A stretch of 64,000 nt of DNA from Myxococcota bacterium (GTDB taxonomy: Bacteria; Myxococcota_A; Polyangia; Nannocystales; Nannocystaceae). The position numbers and the translations under genes are program-made. The notes under the pieces were generated by a model. The model saw nothing but the letters and a program-made list of their open reading frames with translations, did no database searches and was not told the origin of the DNA. The stretch covers positions 96,001 through 160,000 of the forward strand of contig JBCCHT010000015.1 of NCBI GenBank assembly GCA_039028615.1, given 5' to 3'. How positions within the stretch are numbered: position 1 is the stretch's first letter; each line of letters starts with the position of its first letter. Shown one piece after another: positions 28,413 through 37,651 of this stretch.

Positions 28413-29678
28413 ATGGTTCTTGCGACACGCACATGGAACCTGGCTCTCGTCGCTTGTCTAAGTCTCGCTTGCGGGTACGACGAGGGATTCGACCAGGACG
28501 ACGGGGCTGCTGGCACGACCGACGACGGTGGTGACGAAGGGGCCGACACGACGGGTGAAGACGGTGCCGACGACGGAGTCCCGGCGGGCTGCTCGGTGCC
28601 GGCGATGGCCTGCCCCGACGACCGACCGGAGCTCGGCGCGGCTGGTGAGTATCGGGTCGATGCATTCAGCACCGAGTGGACCTGGGACGATGAGTGCGAG
28701 GCGTCCGTCGGCACTCCGGTCTATGTCGAGGTCCCCGCCGATACGGTGAGCCTCAGCGCAGCGATCGACGCGGGGGCCACGGAGACCGCCTTCGGCTACG
28801 TCGGCAATGGTGACCGGGTGTTCGTGGACATGACCGCGGACGGCGTGACCTCGTTCTATCAGGCCCCCCTCAAGCACGGCCCCACCGCCGTCTCGACCTT
28901 CGTCCTCCCGAGCAGCGACGACACGTACCCCGAGGCGGGATGCCTGGCGTTGCTGCCGGTCGCGCTCGACGATCTCTCGGGCGAGACTAGCCAGGTCCAC
29001 CTGGTGTCGCGGCGCTACGACGGAGACGGGTCCCTGGGGGTCAACCTCGTGGTGGTCGATGGGGCTCAGATCGACCAGGCCGATCTCGATGCCGCGACGC
29101 AGGTCATGGTCGACCTGTACTCCAACAACGACGCGGCGGCGATTGGCGACGTCGTGCGGGTCGACATCACCACCGACGCCGGGCCCTTCATCGAGGCCGA
29201 AGGCGAGGACGTCGAGGCCTTGCGTGCCTCGATGGCGGGTGCTGACCACAACCGCATGAACCTGTTCTTCATCAGCGATTTCACCGATGAACCAGGGACG
29301 CTGGGCATCGCCGCGGGCATTCCCGGACCCAACGGAGTCCACGGGACGGTCGCATCGGGCGTGGTCATGGCTCTCGATGCTCACCTGGACGAAGGCGGCT
29401 CGCTCGACGCCACCTTGCTCGGCGAGACGATGGCCCACGAGATGGGGCACCAGATGGGGCTGCCCCACACCAGCGAGGCCGACGGCAGCGATCACGATCT
29501 GGCCGGCGACACCCCGCAGTGCACGATCGACATGGATGCCGACGGGGACGGGCAGCTGTCCGCCGAGGAGTGCCCGGATGGACTGAACGTCATGTTCTGG
29601 ACCGCGGGTGATCAGTCCCAGCAGGAAATGTCGAGCATCCAATCCGACATCATCTTCTTCAGCCCCGTCACTCTGTGA
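28413..29678 (+). CDS. Metzincin zinc metallopeptidase lipoprotein (M43/pappalysin-like)
   Basis: HEMGHQMGLPH (HExxHxxGxxH), Met-turn NVMFW, EF-hand-like DADGDGQLS; lipobox LAC. Confidence 0.85.
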   Translation: MVLATRTWNLALVACLSLACGYDEGFDQDDGAAGTTDDGGDEGADTTGEDGADDGVPAGCSVPAMACPDDRPELGAAGEYRVDAFSTEWTWDDECEASVGTPVYVEVPADTVSLSAAIDAGATETAFGYVGNGDRVFVDMTADGVTSFYQAPLKHGPTAVSTFVLPSSDDTYPEAGCLALLPVALDDLSGETSQVHLVSRRYDGDGSLGVNLVVVDGAQIDQADLDAATQVMVDLYSNNDAAAIGDVVRVDITTDAGPFIEAEGEDVEALRASMAGADHNRMNLFFISDFTDEPGTLGIAAGIPGPNGVHGTVASGVVMALDAHLDEGGSLDATLLGETMAHEMGHQMGLPHTSEADGSDHDLAGDTPQCTIDMDADGDGQLSAEECPDGLNVMFWTAGDQSQQEMSSIQSDIIFFSPVTL

Positions 29679-29689
29679 GGACCAGCTTC

Positions 29690-30334
29690 ATGCAACCACG
29701 CATCTTCATCATCGCTCTCGGTATGGGTCTGTGCCTCACCGGCTGCGAGAAACAAAACGCACCCCAGCCCCCCGAGGCGACCGCGCCGCGTACGTCGGAG
29801 GCGAGCCCGTCTCCCGACGCGAAGGCTCCGGCCGACGCCACCGTAGCGGACGCGCAGGCGGCCGCCGAAGAGATTCGGCCCCTGTTGCTGGCGCATCACC
29901 AAGACGACCTGCCGAGCCGCACCACCCTCGACGCCCACCCGGGTGCGCCCGAGGGCCTGCGCTGGCTGGCCAACAACGACGGCACGATGATCGTCAAGGT
30001 TCGCGCGCTCTTGCTGCTGCAGCTGTATCCCGACGAGTCGAGCGAGCAAGTGGTGCTCGCGCTGGCCAGCGACCCGGCGCAGCATCGCAAGCTGCGGGCT
30101 GCGGCCGTGACCGCGCTTTCCGGGTGGGACCTGAGCGAGCGGCAGGACCTCCGGGAGGTCGCACTCGCGGCGGTGCAGAGCACGGACGTATCCGTGGCCG
30201 TCGCGGGGGCACAGGCCCTGACCGACGTGACGCCCGCTCGCGTCGCTCTCCAAGCTCAGCTCGACGGCGGCGAGCTCCACCCCACGGTGGCCAAGGCCGT
30301 TCGCAAGTCACTCGGTACGACGGAGGTGAAATGA
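29690..30334 (+). CDS. HEAT-repeat-like helical lipoprotein
   Basis: Lipobox LTGC; VRALLLL...LRAAAVTAL...VAVAGAQAL helical repeats. Confidence 0.65.
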   Translation: MQPRIFIIALGMGLCLTGCEKQNAPQPPEATAPRTSEASPSPDAKAPADATVADAQAAAEEIRPLLLAHHQDDLPSRTTLDAHPGAPEGLRWLANNDGTMIVKVRALLLLQLYPDESSEQVVLALASDPAQHRKLRAAAVTALSGWDLSERQDLREVALAAVQSTDVSVAVAGAQALTDVTPARVALQAQLDGGELHPTVAKAVRKSLGTTEVK

Positions 30335-31281
30335 TGTTCTCGGCAATCAAACCATGGCACGCCCTCGCGGCGAGTACTGCTCTGTTCGCAATCGGCTGCG
30401 ACTCCAAGGCCAAGGCCAAGGAGACGGCAAAGACCGAGGCCACCACGAAGAAGGTGGAGGCGAAGAAAACCGACGCCAAGAAGGGCGACGCCAAAGCAGC
30501 GGTCGCCGCCAAGACGGAGGATGCCAAGAAGAAGTCGCTCGTGGCCGCGGCGGTGCCCTCGGCCAATGCGAAAGCGGACGGTGGCAAGAAGAAGAAGGGG
30601 TTCCTGGGCGGCAACGGCGAGCCCTGCGACACCGAGCTCGAGTGGTACGACGACGAGCACCACGATGGGGATGCCAACTGGGACGACGCGGAACACTTCG
30701 GCTGGGGTGATTTCGACGAAGACGAGGAGTTCGACGACGAGGGCGAGGAGGAGTTCGACGACCACGAGGACGAAGAATTCGACGATCACGAGGAAGAGGA
30801 GTTCGACGACGAAGAAGAACAAGAGCCCGAGTCGGGCAAGAAGGCAGCCGCCGCGGGTGGAAAAATGCGCCAGCGGACCAAGGAGGAATCCGTCGACAAA
30901 GTCGCGCTGAGTGCCCCGGTGAAGCAATTCACCATCAAGTGCGTTCCGGGGGCCGACGCGGACTATCGCTCGAATCGCACTCGGGTCACGTTGAACCTTC
31001 AGGGCGGCGCGTTGGGCTTCGTTGCGACGCCCGTGCGGACCTTCTCCGGCTATGGCGGCGAGGGGGACCGGTGCGCGGACTATCGCAAGACGCTCACGTC
31101 GTCGCAGTACCTCAAGGGCACCATCACGAATCGCAAGGTCCGGTACTTCCGGCCGTGGGACGGCAAGTGCCACACCTGGGTGAACACCGAGGTCGGTCTC
31201 GACATCGATGACGTCGACTTCACGCTGTGGGGCGTGTCGCGGACCGACCCCGTCGACGCCGAGGACGACGACTGCCGCTAG
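30331..31281 (+). CDS. Hypothetical lipoprotein with Lys-rich and acidic repeat segments
   Basis: GGAGG RBS, ATGA overlap, FAIGC lipobox, EEEFDDH 8-aa repeats, Cys-containing C-terminal domain. Confidence 0.75.
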   Translation: MMFSAIKPWHALAASTALFAIGCDSKAKAKETAKTEATTKKVEAKKTDAKKGDAKAAVAAKTEDAKKKSLVAAAVPSANAKADGGKKKKGFLGGNGEPCDTELEWYDDEHHDGDANWDDAEHFGWGDFDEDEEFDDEGEEEFDDHEDEEFDDHEEEEFDDEEEQEPESGKKAAAAGGKMRQRTKEESVDKVALSAPVKQFTIKCVPGADADYRSNRTRVTLNLQGGALGFVATPVRTFSGYGGEGDRCADYRKTLTSSQYLKGTITNRKVRYFRPWDGKCHTWVNTEVGLDIDDVDFTLWGVSRTDPVDAEDDDCR

Positions 31282-31338
31282 CACTTCGACACACTCCACC
31301 ACCACAAGCGGGTCAATCCATTGTCCTCCTCACGCACC

Positions 31339-33888
31339 GTGCTTCACCTCCTCGTTTTCATTCTCGTCGCCTGCACGCCGTGGTCGCTCGCGCAGGCATT
31401 CGGGCCCCCCGGTTCGGATGCCGCGATGGACGACGCGGGCGACGAGGAGGACCCCGACGACGGGGGCTTCGACGACCGTGACGACGAACCCGAAGACGGG
31501 TTCGATGATGAGCCCGACGACGGGTTCGATGGCGAGCCCGACGAGGGGCAGGAGGAGGGGCTGCCGGACGAGGGCTCGAGCGACGGTGACGACGTCGAGC
31601 CCGAGCCTGCGGGCGATGAGCCTCCGCCCGCGGACGACCCGCCCGGGCCCGCGGCGGATGGCTTCGCCTACCCACCCGAGGCGCTCGCGCTGCTTCCCGT
31701 CGAGGTCCTCGACGAGCTGCCTCGGGCCATCACCGCATTTTTGCGGCCGGCGGATTACCAGGCGCTCAAGGAGGCCTGCCCGCAGCCCGACCTCGCGGAC
31801 ACGATCGCGTGCCTCGAGACCCCCGAGGTCAGCGCGCTGCTGGATACGCTCAACACCCGGTCCGTGGTCGCGTCGATGTTGACCTACATGGATCAGGACC
31901 TGCCGAACCGGATGGCGCCCGAGCAGCTCGATGCGTTGGCGGCCGGCTGCGACAAAGAAGGCGGCACGTGGGCGGAGTGCGCCTTCACCAAGGGCCTCGA
32001 CGACGAGAGCTGCTTCGACGCCGAAGACACGCTCGCGGCCTGCCTCGTGGACGACGACCGGGTCACCCACGTCTACCTGGCCATCCAGAAGGACAAGAAG
32101 GCCGCGTTCGGTACCGACCTCTACGTCGAGTTTCGTGGCCTGCTGGCCACGCTGTCGATGGACGAGATCAACGCGATCCGCAAGTCGTGCCCGCATGACG
32201 ACCAGGACTCCTTGTTCGAGTGCCTGGTCGCCGACGAACTCGTGGATGAGATCATCGGCGAGTTCTCGGAATCGGCCGAGGAGGTCGTCACCGAGATCGA
32301 GGGGGAGCTGAACGCCGCGGGCGCTCCGCTGTCCGCCGAACAAAAGGAGCACTACACCGAAGCATTCATCGACCTGTTCCTGACCTTTCCCGCCAAGGCG
32401 CTCGACTCGTTGACGCAAGACTGCGAGTCGAAGAACCCCGCCCTGGAGACGATTCGTCAGGTCTCCGACATCGATGCGCTCCTCACCTGTCTCGACGAAG
32501 GCTCCGACACGGATCCCGTGGCGAACCCCGCGTTCATCTCCAAGGAGCGCCTGCGGGCGTGGCTGGAGATTGCACGCCACAAGGTCAGCGGGGCGCTGCA
32601 CGAGAAGGAGCGGGAGGCACAACGTCGTACCTCGGCGCTGATCGTGAAGATCCTGGCCGTGATCGCGGGTGTCGGTTTCTTCGTGGTGCTGTTGCTCCCG
32701 CTGCGCAACCGCAAGAGCTACCCCGGGCCGGCCTCCGAGCTATGGAAGGCCAGCGCGATTGCGGCCGTAACCTTCGTGCTCACCATCGCGCTACTCGGCT
32801 GCACGCTGCTGGTGATGCGCACCGTGCAGGGGAGGGTCGCGACCGAATCCACCAGTCCGAAGATGGTGATCGCCAACGGGGTGTTCGACGTGCTCGAGCG
32901 CGATGAACACATCCAGCAGTTCAGCGACATGTCCAAGCAGCGGCTGGACTTCATCAAGACCCCGCTGCGGCACCTGGTCGAGCCCGATGCGACCGTGTCC
33001 GAGGAGGAGTCCGAGCGAGCTCTGGCGTTCTCCGCCTATCTGTCGGAGCACTGGGTCGACCAGCTGCAGCAGCCCGAGCTCAAGCCGCTCATCAAGAACG
33101 CCACGATGCTCAAGAAGCACGTCGAGTCGTTCAAGACGGTCTTCGAGCTGTATCGCAAGGTCGACTGGCTGATGGGCTACGTGCCCATCGTGATGTCGCT
33201 GCTGGCGGTGTTGCTGTACATGCTGCCGCTCAAGGACACGTTGATCACGATCGCGACCGCCCCGAGCCGGGCCGCGGAAGACCCGGGGAACACCGGGGTG
33301 TTCAGGCGGGCCATGGGCACGGTGGCCGCGGAGCTGAAGCTGCTGGTGCCCTTCCTCGGGGTGATGGTGGTCTTGCTCTTCGTCACCGGGATCTTCCTGT
33401 CGATCGCGGTCGAGCCGTTCATCGAGGTGCTGATGCGCTTCTCGTTGCTGACGGTGATGTACATCCTGATGACGGAGGCCTCGGCCTTCGTGCTCTACGC
33501 GACGCTGGGCGGGTCGATCCTGCTGCTGGTGGCGTGCGTGGCCATGTACATCGTCGCGATGACCTTCTTCTTGGGCACGGTCCGCAAGATCCTTCGGGCT
33601 CGGTTCCACTGGGGGCAACCGCTGAGCCGACACCGCTCGTTCGCCATCTACGGCAGCCTCGCCGCGTTCGTGGTGATGGTGTTCCCCGTGATCTATGCGC
33701 TGGTCGTGCAGTCGATGGCGGTCCGCGGCATGAGCGTGGAGCTGAGCAACGGCGGCGACATTGCGGCCAGCGACATGCTCATCGTGCCCTTCGGGGGGCT
33801 GATCTTGATGCTGCCCGTGCTGTGGCTGGCGCGGGGGTTCAAGGCGCTCGGGTACATCAAGAAGTACCCGGTCGTGAAGGACGAGTAG
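31339..33888 (+). CDS. Large membrane protein: acidic Cys-rich extracytoplasmic domain plus about 7-8 TM helices
   Basis: Signal peptide, DGFDDEP repeats, Cys-spaced helical repeats, multiple C-terminal hydrophobic segments. Confidence 0.75.
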   Translation: MLHLLVFILVACTPWSLAQAFGPPGSDAAMDDAGDEEDPDDGGFDDRDDEPEDGFDDEPDDGFDGEPDEGQEEGLPDEGSSDGDDVEPEPAGDEPPPADDPPGPAADGFAYPPEALALLPVEVLDELPRAITAFLRPADYQALKEACPQPDLADTIACLETPEVSALLDTLNTRSVVASMLTYMDQDLPNRMAPEQLDALAAGCDKEGGTWAECAFTKGLDDESCFDAEDTLAACLVDDDRVTHVYLAIQKDKKAAFGTDLYVEFRGLLATLSMDEINAIRKSCPHDDQDSLFECLVADELVDEIIGEFSESAEEVVTEIEGELNAAGAPLSAEQKEHYTEAFIDLFLTFPAKALDSLTQDCESKNPALETIRQVSDIDALLTCLDEGSDTDPVANPAFISKERLRAWLEIARHKVSGALHEKEREAQRRTSALIVKILAVIAGVGFFVVLLLPLRNRKSYPGPASELWKASAIAAVTFVLTIALLGCTLLVMRTVQGRVATESTSPKMVIANGVFDVLERDEHIQQFSDMSKQRLDFIKTPLRHLVEPDATVSEEESERALAFSAYLSEHWVDQLQQPELKPLIKNATMLKKHVESFKTVFELYRKVDWLMGYVPIVMSLLAVLLYMLPLKDTLITIATAPSRAAEDPGNTGVFRRAMGTVAAELKLLVPFLGVMVVLLFVTGIFLSIAVEPFIEVLMRFSLLTVMYILMTEASAFVLYATLGGSILLLVACVAMYIVAMTFFLGTVRKILRARFHWGQPLSRHRSFAIYGSLAAFVVMVFPVIYALVVQSMAVRGMSVELSNGGDIAASDMLIVPFGGLILMLPVLWLARGFKALGYIKKYPVVKDE

Positions 33889-33918
33889 GGGCGACGCGCG
33901 GCGACCACGAACCCGGAC

Positions 33919-34830
33919 TCACGGACAGAACACCACGTCGTAGTCCGGGTTCTGGTCGCAGCTGAACGCGGTGCCATCTTCGGGATCGGTGATGGCATCG
34001 GGGCACAGGCTCTTCCACACCATCGTGTACTCGTTGGGCTCGCACTGCTGTCCCGTGCAACACAGGTCGGAGATCGGGGCGCAGGGATCGCAGACGGGGG
34101 TGCCCACGTCGCCGCAGCTCGTGCACCCGGGGCACTCGTCGCAGGCATCGCAGGGGCTCGCGCAGTAGGCGATGTCGCCGTCGGTGCCCGTTCGGACGAG
34201 GCCATCGGGGCACACCACGTTGAGGTCGGCGGCGCAGCTGGCGATGGGGCACTGGTCGGCGACGGGGGATTGATCGATGCCGACGGGGACGAGGGCCATG
34301 GGGACGTTGAACCCGCGCACCAGGCTGACGTCGTAGACGTCGTCCGCTTCGGGGCGCAGCGTCAGCTGGATGAGGCTGCCGCGCCCGTCGTTGCCGTTGC
34401 TGTCGCAGGCGTCTTCATCGCAGCCGCGGGCGGCGAAAGCCCGACCGGCAATGAGCTCGTTGATGGTGACGGCGACGCACTCGCCGGGGGCCAAGGGCAT
34501 GAACAGGTCGATGTCGGCTCCGTTGTCGGAACCGGTGAGGCCGGCGTCGAGGGGCTCGTCGCAGGCGTTGACGAGGCGAACGCAGCGTTGGCCCGCCTCG
34601 AGGCCCTCGCAGGTGCAGGACGACGGGGTGCCGGTCGAGTCGCTGGCGTCGGCGGTACCCGTGGACGAAACGACGCCCATGGAGGTGGAGTCGAGGCCGT
34701 CGTCGGTGGACGTGGAGGCCATGGAGGTGGAGCCGGTCGAGCCCGCGATCGGCGCTCCCACGAGGGGCTCGCCGTCGACGAAGCCGCAGCCGAGCGCCAT
34801 CGTGACCAACAGTGCGGCGGGTCTCACCAT
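33919..34830 (-). CDS. Thaumatin-family (PR-5-like) lipoprotein
   Basis: RLVNAC, GRAFAARGC, YDVSLVRGFNVPM, CAADLNVVCP, KSLCPDA...F.C...YDVVFCP. Confidence 0.88.
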   Translation of the reverse strand: MVRPAALLVTMALGCGFVDGEPLVGAPIAGSTGSTSMASTSTDDGLDSTSMGVVSSTGTADASDSTGTPSSCTCEGLEAGQRCVRLVNACDEPLDAGLTGSDNGADIDLFMPLAPGECVAVTINELIAGRAFAARGCDEDACDSNGNDGRGSLIQLTLRPEADDVYDVSLVRGFNVPMALVPVGIDQSPVADQCPIASCAADLNVVCPDGLVRTGTDGDIAYCASPCDACDECPGCTSCGDVGTPVCDPCAPISDLCCTGQQCEPNEYTMVWKSLCPDAITDPEDGTAFSCDQNPDYDVVFCP

Positions 34831-35846
34831 GCGATGACTCCGATCCCCGCCGACCCGAGCACATGAGGGCGACACCACTGGGCGACCGAGCGCCCGTCGA
34901 AGCGAACCCGGATGGTGCGGGCACAGGCCGCGGCCGCTGCATCGAGGCGAAGGCGAACCCGGGGGGACACCGCGAACTCGAGACCGAATGCCCCCTCGAA
35001 CACGGCATCGGCCACGCGAGTGGACACCGCCCGGAACCCCGGCTCGGGGATGCCCTGCATGTCGATGATGGCGACCCCGGCGGTGAGGGAGAGAGCGGGG
35101 ACGACGGTGGCGTCGGGTTTGCGAAGGGCGAGCCGAGGACCGATGCCCAGCCAACCCGCCCGGACACGCGCCTGGCCTTCGATCGCCTCCACGGTGGGAG
35201 CGTGGAGCGGCACGTTGCCGACGAGCACGACCCCGAGCAGGGGATGGGGGGTGGCCCTCACCTGCAGCCGAGCGTGGGTCGCCACAGGCACCCCGCCCGG
35301 CGCACCACCGACGGCGATGCCCGCTCCGAGGGCGATGCGAGGGTCGGGGCGACGAAGCGCGCGGCGAGCCGGGGCGCTGACCTCGACCTCGGCCTCGGGC
35401 GGCGGAGGGGCTCGTTCGACCTCGAGCAGGCTGGCGCGCAGCAACTCGACCGCCCGCACCGCGACCTCCCGAGGATCGACATCGTCGGGGTCATCGAGGG
35501 CCAGGGTTCGCGAGACCGTCTTCCCCGTGACGCGATCGATGATCGTGATCTCGACCTGACCGCCCGCATTGTCGACGGCGATGACGGCCGCGACCGCATC
35601 GGTCGAGGTGGGCTCGCCGTTGGGATCCGAGACCTCCGGGGCAAAGCCGAGAAAGCGGAGCTCCGCGACGATGCGCGCGGTGATCTCGGACTCACTCGGC
35701 GCCTGGATCGCGATGCGTTCACCCGTCGGTCGCTGCGCATTTGGGGGGGCCGACGATGCCTCGCCCGGCACGAGCGCAGCGGTGACCAACGCCCCGGCCA
35801 CGAGCCAGGGACGGGCTACAGAGCCCTTCGCAACCGCGGGCCTCAC
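34824..35846 (-). CDS. Secreted protein with C-terminal outer-membrane beta-barrel-like region
   Basis: GTGA overlap with FecR gene; signal peptide; DRVTGKTVSR...AVRAVELLRASLLE; amphipathic strands ending in GIGVIAW. Confidence 0.65.
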   Translation of the reverse strand: MRPAVAKGSVARPWLVAGALVTAALVPGEASSAPPNAQRPTGERIAIQAPSESEITARIVAELRFLGFAPEVSDPNGEPTSTDAVAAVIAVDNAGGQVEITIIDRVTGKTVSRTLALDDPDDVDPREVAVRAVELLRASLLEVERAPPPPEAEVEVSAPARRALRRPDPRIALGAGIAVGGAPGGVPVATHARLQVRATPHPLLGVVLVGNVPLHAPTVEAIEGQARVRAGWLGIGPRLALRKPDATVVPALSLTAGVAIIDMQGIPEPGFRAVSTRVADAVFEGAFGLEFAVSPRVRLRLDAAAAACARTIRVRFDGRSVAQWCRPHVLGSAGIGVIAW

Positions 35847-37018
35847 GGACTCGAGCCGGGCTCCTCGTTCGGCTCGGTCGTGCACTCCCGCAGTCGTTGC
35901 CGGGCCGCCTTGGCCATCGAGCCGTGGGGGCGCTCTTGCAGGTAGGTCTGAAACCACCGCGAGGTGCCGGTACATCCGGCGCCCAGACGCCCGAGATCGA
36001 ACGCGGCCGTGGCCGCGGCATTCGTGCCGGGGAAGCGCCGTCGTAGGCTCTGGAGGGCCTCCCGTGCTCGGCTCTTGCGTCCGGCGTAGCGGGCGACGTC
36101 GGCCAGCTCGAGCAGGGCCGATGCGCTCAGACCGTTGCACAGCTTCGAGAAACCACTCGCTTCTGCTGCTTCGAGCGCGGCGGCGTGGTTGCCGTCGCGC
36201 GCGAGTGCACGCCAGTCGACCGCGGCCTTCCCGGGGCTGCGAGAGGCGCCCTTCGCTCGGCCCGAGCGGCGTGGACGAGAGGGCTCGGCAAGCTCCGGTT
36301 GCGCCGCAGAGGCCACGGGCTCCGCCTTCGCGGGTGCAGGACCTTCCGATTCGGGGGCCGTGGCCGGGACCACGGCGCGCGGCGACTCACTGGCGCCGAG
36401 CACCATCGCCTCGCCCGCCGTCGCCTCGCGAACCCCCTCGAGCCCCGGGCCCTCGACCATCGCGCGGCCCTCGCGAACGTCCAGCGTGAAGGTCTGCGCA
36501 TCGGGGTCCCAGCGCAGCACCAAGTCGGCCCCTTCGGCGCGCACCCGGAACGGCCCCGCCTCGATCGACCACGTGGAGGCAGAGGGGCGAAGCTTCAGGT
36601 CGAGCGCACCCGACTCGAGCACCAGCCCGGCCGCGTCGCTGCCCAAGACCGCCACTCGCATGCGCGCCCGCGGCCGCAGCTTCACCACGCTGCCATCGGA
36701 GAACGACAACGCGAGCGGTTCGTCGTCGGTGGCGCTGAAGAACGCAGCGGCGGTCTCCGCCCGTGCCGTAGGCCCGACCTCGAAGGTCAGCGGCTGCGGA
36801 CGCAGGGCCCACAGCACCACGAGGACGAGCGCGACCATGGCCACTGCACCCGTGACCGGCCAGACCGCAGCTCGCCACCGCGGCGGCGAGTCGGTCCCGT
36901 CGTCCGTGGCCAGCAGCTGCTCGCGCATTCGCTGATGCCGTTGCTCCCGGCCTCGTGCTCGCGTCTGCTCCTGCAGCGTCGCCATGTGGTCGGCGAGGGT
37001 GTCGACCAGTTCACTCAT
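35843..37018 (-). CDS. FecR-domain anti-sigma factor with C-terminal TPR
   Basis: TM helix; FSDGSVVKL...LESG...IEAGPFRVRAEG...VREGRAMV; TPR LELADVARYAG...RRRFP...AAFDLG. Confidence 0.85.
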   Translation of the reverse strand: MSELVDTLADHMATLQEQTRARGREQRHQRMREQLLATDDGTDSPPRWRAAVWPVTGAVAMVALVLVVLWALRPQPLTFEVGPTARAETAAAFFSATDDEPLALSFSDGSVVKLRPRARMRVAVLGSDAAGLVLESGALDLKLRPSASTWSIEAGPFRVRAEGADLVLRWDPDAQTFTLDVREGRAMVEGPGLEGVREATAGEAMVLGASESPRAVVPATAPESEGPAPAKAEPVASAAQPELAEPSRPRRSGRAKGASRSPGKAAVDWRALARDGNHAAALEAAEASGFSKLCNGLSASALLELADVARYAGRKSRAREALQSLRRRFPGTNAAATAAFDLGRLGAGCTGTSRWFQTYLQERPHGSMAKAARQRLRECTTEPNEEPGSSP

Positions 37019-37629
37019 CGGCGGTCCTCCGTTTCGAATCGGTCTCGCAGAAGAGCATCACCCGCGGCGAGTCGGCTGAATCGCTCGCGGGCGCTTCGGA
37101 TCCTTCGTTTGGCGGTGGCCAGCGACACGCCGAGGTCGTGCGCCACTTCTTCGAGCTGCATGCCCTCGATGAAGCGCAGACCAAAGGCGGCGCGCTCGAC
37201 CGCGGGCAGGCGGTCGAGCAGGGCGTAGGCCCGGCGCAGCGCCGCTTGGGTGTCGGTCTCCGTGACCGCGTGCAGGGTGTCCATGGCGTCGGTGCCCTGG
37301 CGGCCGAGCCAACGTCGAGTCCGACGCCACCGGATCTTCTTGAGGGCCAGGCGCACCGCGATCCCGCGGACCCATGCCCCCAGCGTGGCGTCGTTGCCTC
37401 GGAAGCCGTCGAGGCCCCGCAGCGCAGCGACGAACGCGTCCTGGACGACGTCTTCGGCTTCGGAGTCCGGGCCGAGCACGCCCGCCACGGCGCGCTCGAC
37501 GGCCGACACGTTGCGGTCGAACAAGCGCCCCTTGGCCGCCGGGTCTCCGGCACGCAAGCCCTCGAGCAGCGAGCCCTCCGGGCGGAGGGGCACCACACGG
37601 GCCACGGGAGACGAGGAGCGACGAGCCAT
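37015..37629 (-). CDS. ECF-type RNA polymerase sigma factor
   Basis: AEDVVQDAFV, LGAWVRGIA, LPAVERAAFGLRFIEGMQLEEVA...SLATAKRRI; ATGA overlap with the anti-sigma gene. Confidence 0.92.
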   Translation of the reverse strand: MARRSSSPVARVVPLRPEGSLLEGLRAGDPAAKGRLFDRNVSAVERAVAGVLGPDSEAEDVVQDAFVAALRGLDGFRGNDATLGAWVRGIAVRLALKKIRWRRTRRWLGRQGTDAMDTLHAVTETDTQAALRRAYALLDRLPAVERAAFGLRFIEGMQLEEVAHDLGVSLATAKRRIRSARERFSRLAAGDALLRDRFETEDRR

Positions 37630-37651
37630 CGACGAACAAATGGGTGAAGGG

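Noticed and set aside
29608..30330. Upstream extension of ORF 29608-31281, suggesting overlapping genes or a frameshift
   Set aside because: The real start is at 30331 (GGAGG RBS, ATGA coupling, lipobox). The upstream part is an alternate frame of the HEAT gene.
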